In this document: in pieces, positions 63,551 through 64,000 of the stretch | Position numbering within the stretch: the first letter of the stretch is position 1 | Layout of the letters: each line of letters begins with the position of its first letter | Assembly (NCBI GenBank): GCA_030390025.1 | Contig: JASTWF010000033.1 | Coordinates: 5,706,001-5,770,000 of the forward strand | From: Squalus acanthias | Taxonomy: Eukaryota | Direction: 5' to 3' | DNA: 64,000 nucleotides | Position numbers and translations under genes: made by a program | The notes under the pieces: generated by a model | Databases searched by the model: none | What the model saw: the letters and a program-made list of their open reading frames with translations, nothing else | Told to the model about the DNA's origin: nothing

Positions 63551-64000
63551 TGCATGTTGTCTTGATTTCATGTGTCTCTCTCACTGCCTGCCTGCCTTGT
63601 CTTGATTTGAGTAGAGTGGAATGAAAATAATGCAAAGATCCCAGAGCAGCTTTTGTCAGACAGTCCACAAAGACATTTTTCAGTATCTCACTGACTGACT
63701 GATTGTCTTGAATTGAAGTGAAATTAAATAAAGTGATACACAACAGCATTACATGTGGACCAGGCCAGAATGAAATCAATAGGGTTTAATACAACAACAG
63801 CAGGTAATAAGGCAGCAGAACACATCTCACACAAACAGCAGCTTTTGCCCTCTCTCTCTCTCACACACACTCACAGCCTGGCCACCCTGCAGAGGGATGA
63901 CTGCCGTGTTGGAAGATTAAAACTAAAAAGACAGTTTTCAGTATCTTATCTTTACACTCTGTGGCCTACAGAAACAGGCTTTCTATTCTGCTACTTGTCT

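Overview
Repeat-dense vertebrate DNA, most likely a shark or other elasmobranch given the HE1-type and Deu-domain SINEs and the CR1/L2/Penelope families. No host protein-coding gene is recognisable. Layout: CR1 and other LINE fragments (1.4-7.6 kb); a 43-bp satellite (about 6.2-17.1 kb) interrupted by CR1, L2, a SINE and an open-frame Neptune-type Penelope element with a minimal hammerhead ribozyme; a GA/GT array and a 500-N gap; an 18-bp satellite (20.3-30.9 kb); CR1 pieces; and a 22-bp satellite (33.2-50.1 kb) whose higher-order units carry a SINE fragment and a hammerhead-derived fragment. The main find is a ~9 kb endogenous retrovirus (53221-62257; tRNA-Ser PBS, PPT, two LTRs). It has no visible protease or RT but encodes RNase H followed by TWO diverged tandem integrases, both with HHCC and DDE, only the second with a C-terminal domain. 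It also has a small membrane ORF and a spuma/F-protein-like env with a mucin-like stalk. All assignments come from reading motifs by eye; no database searches were run.
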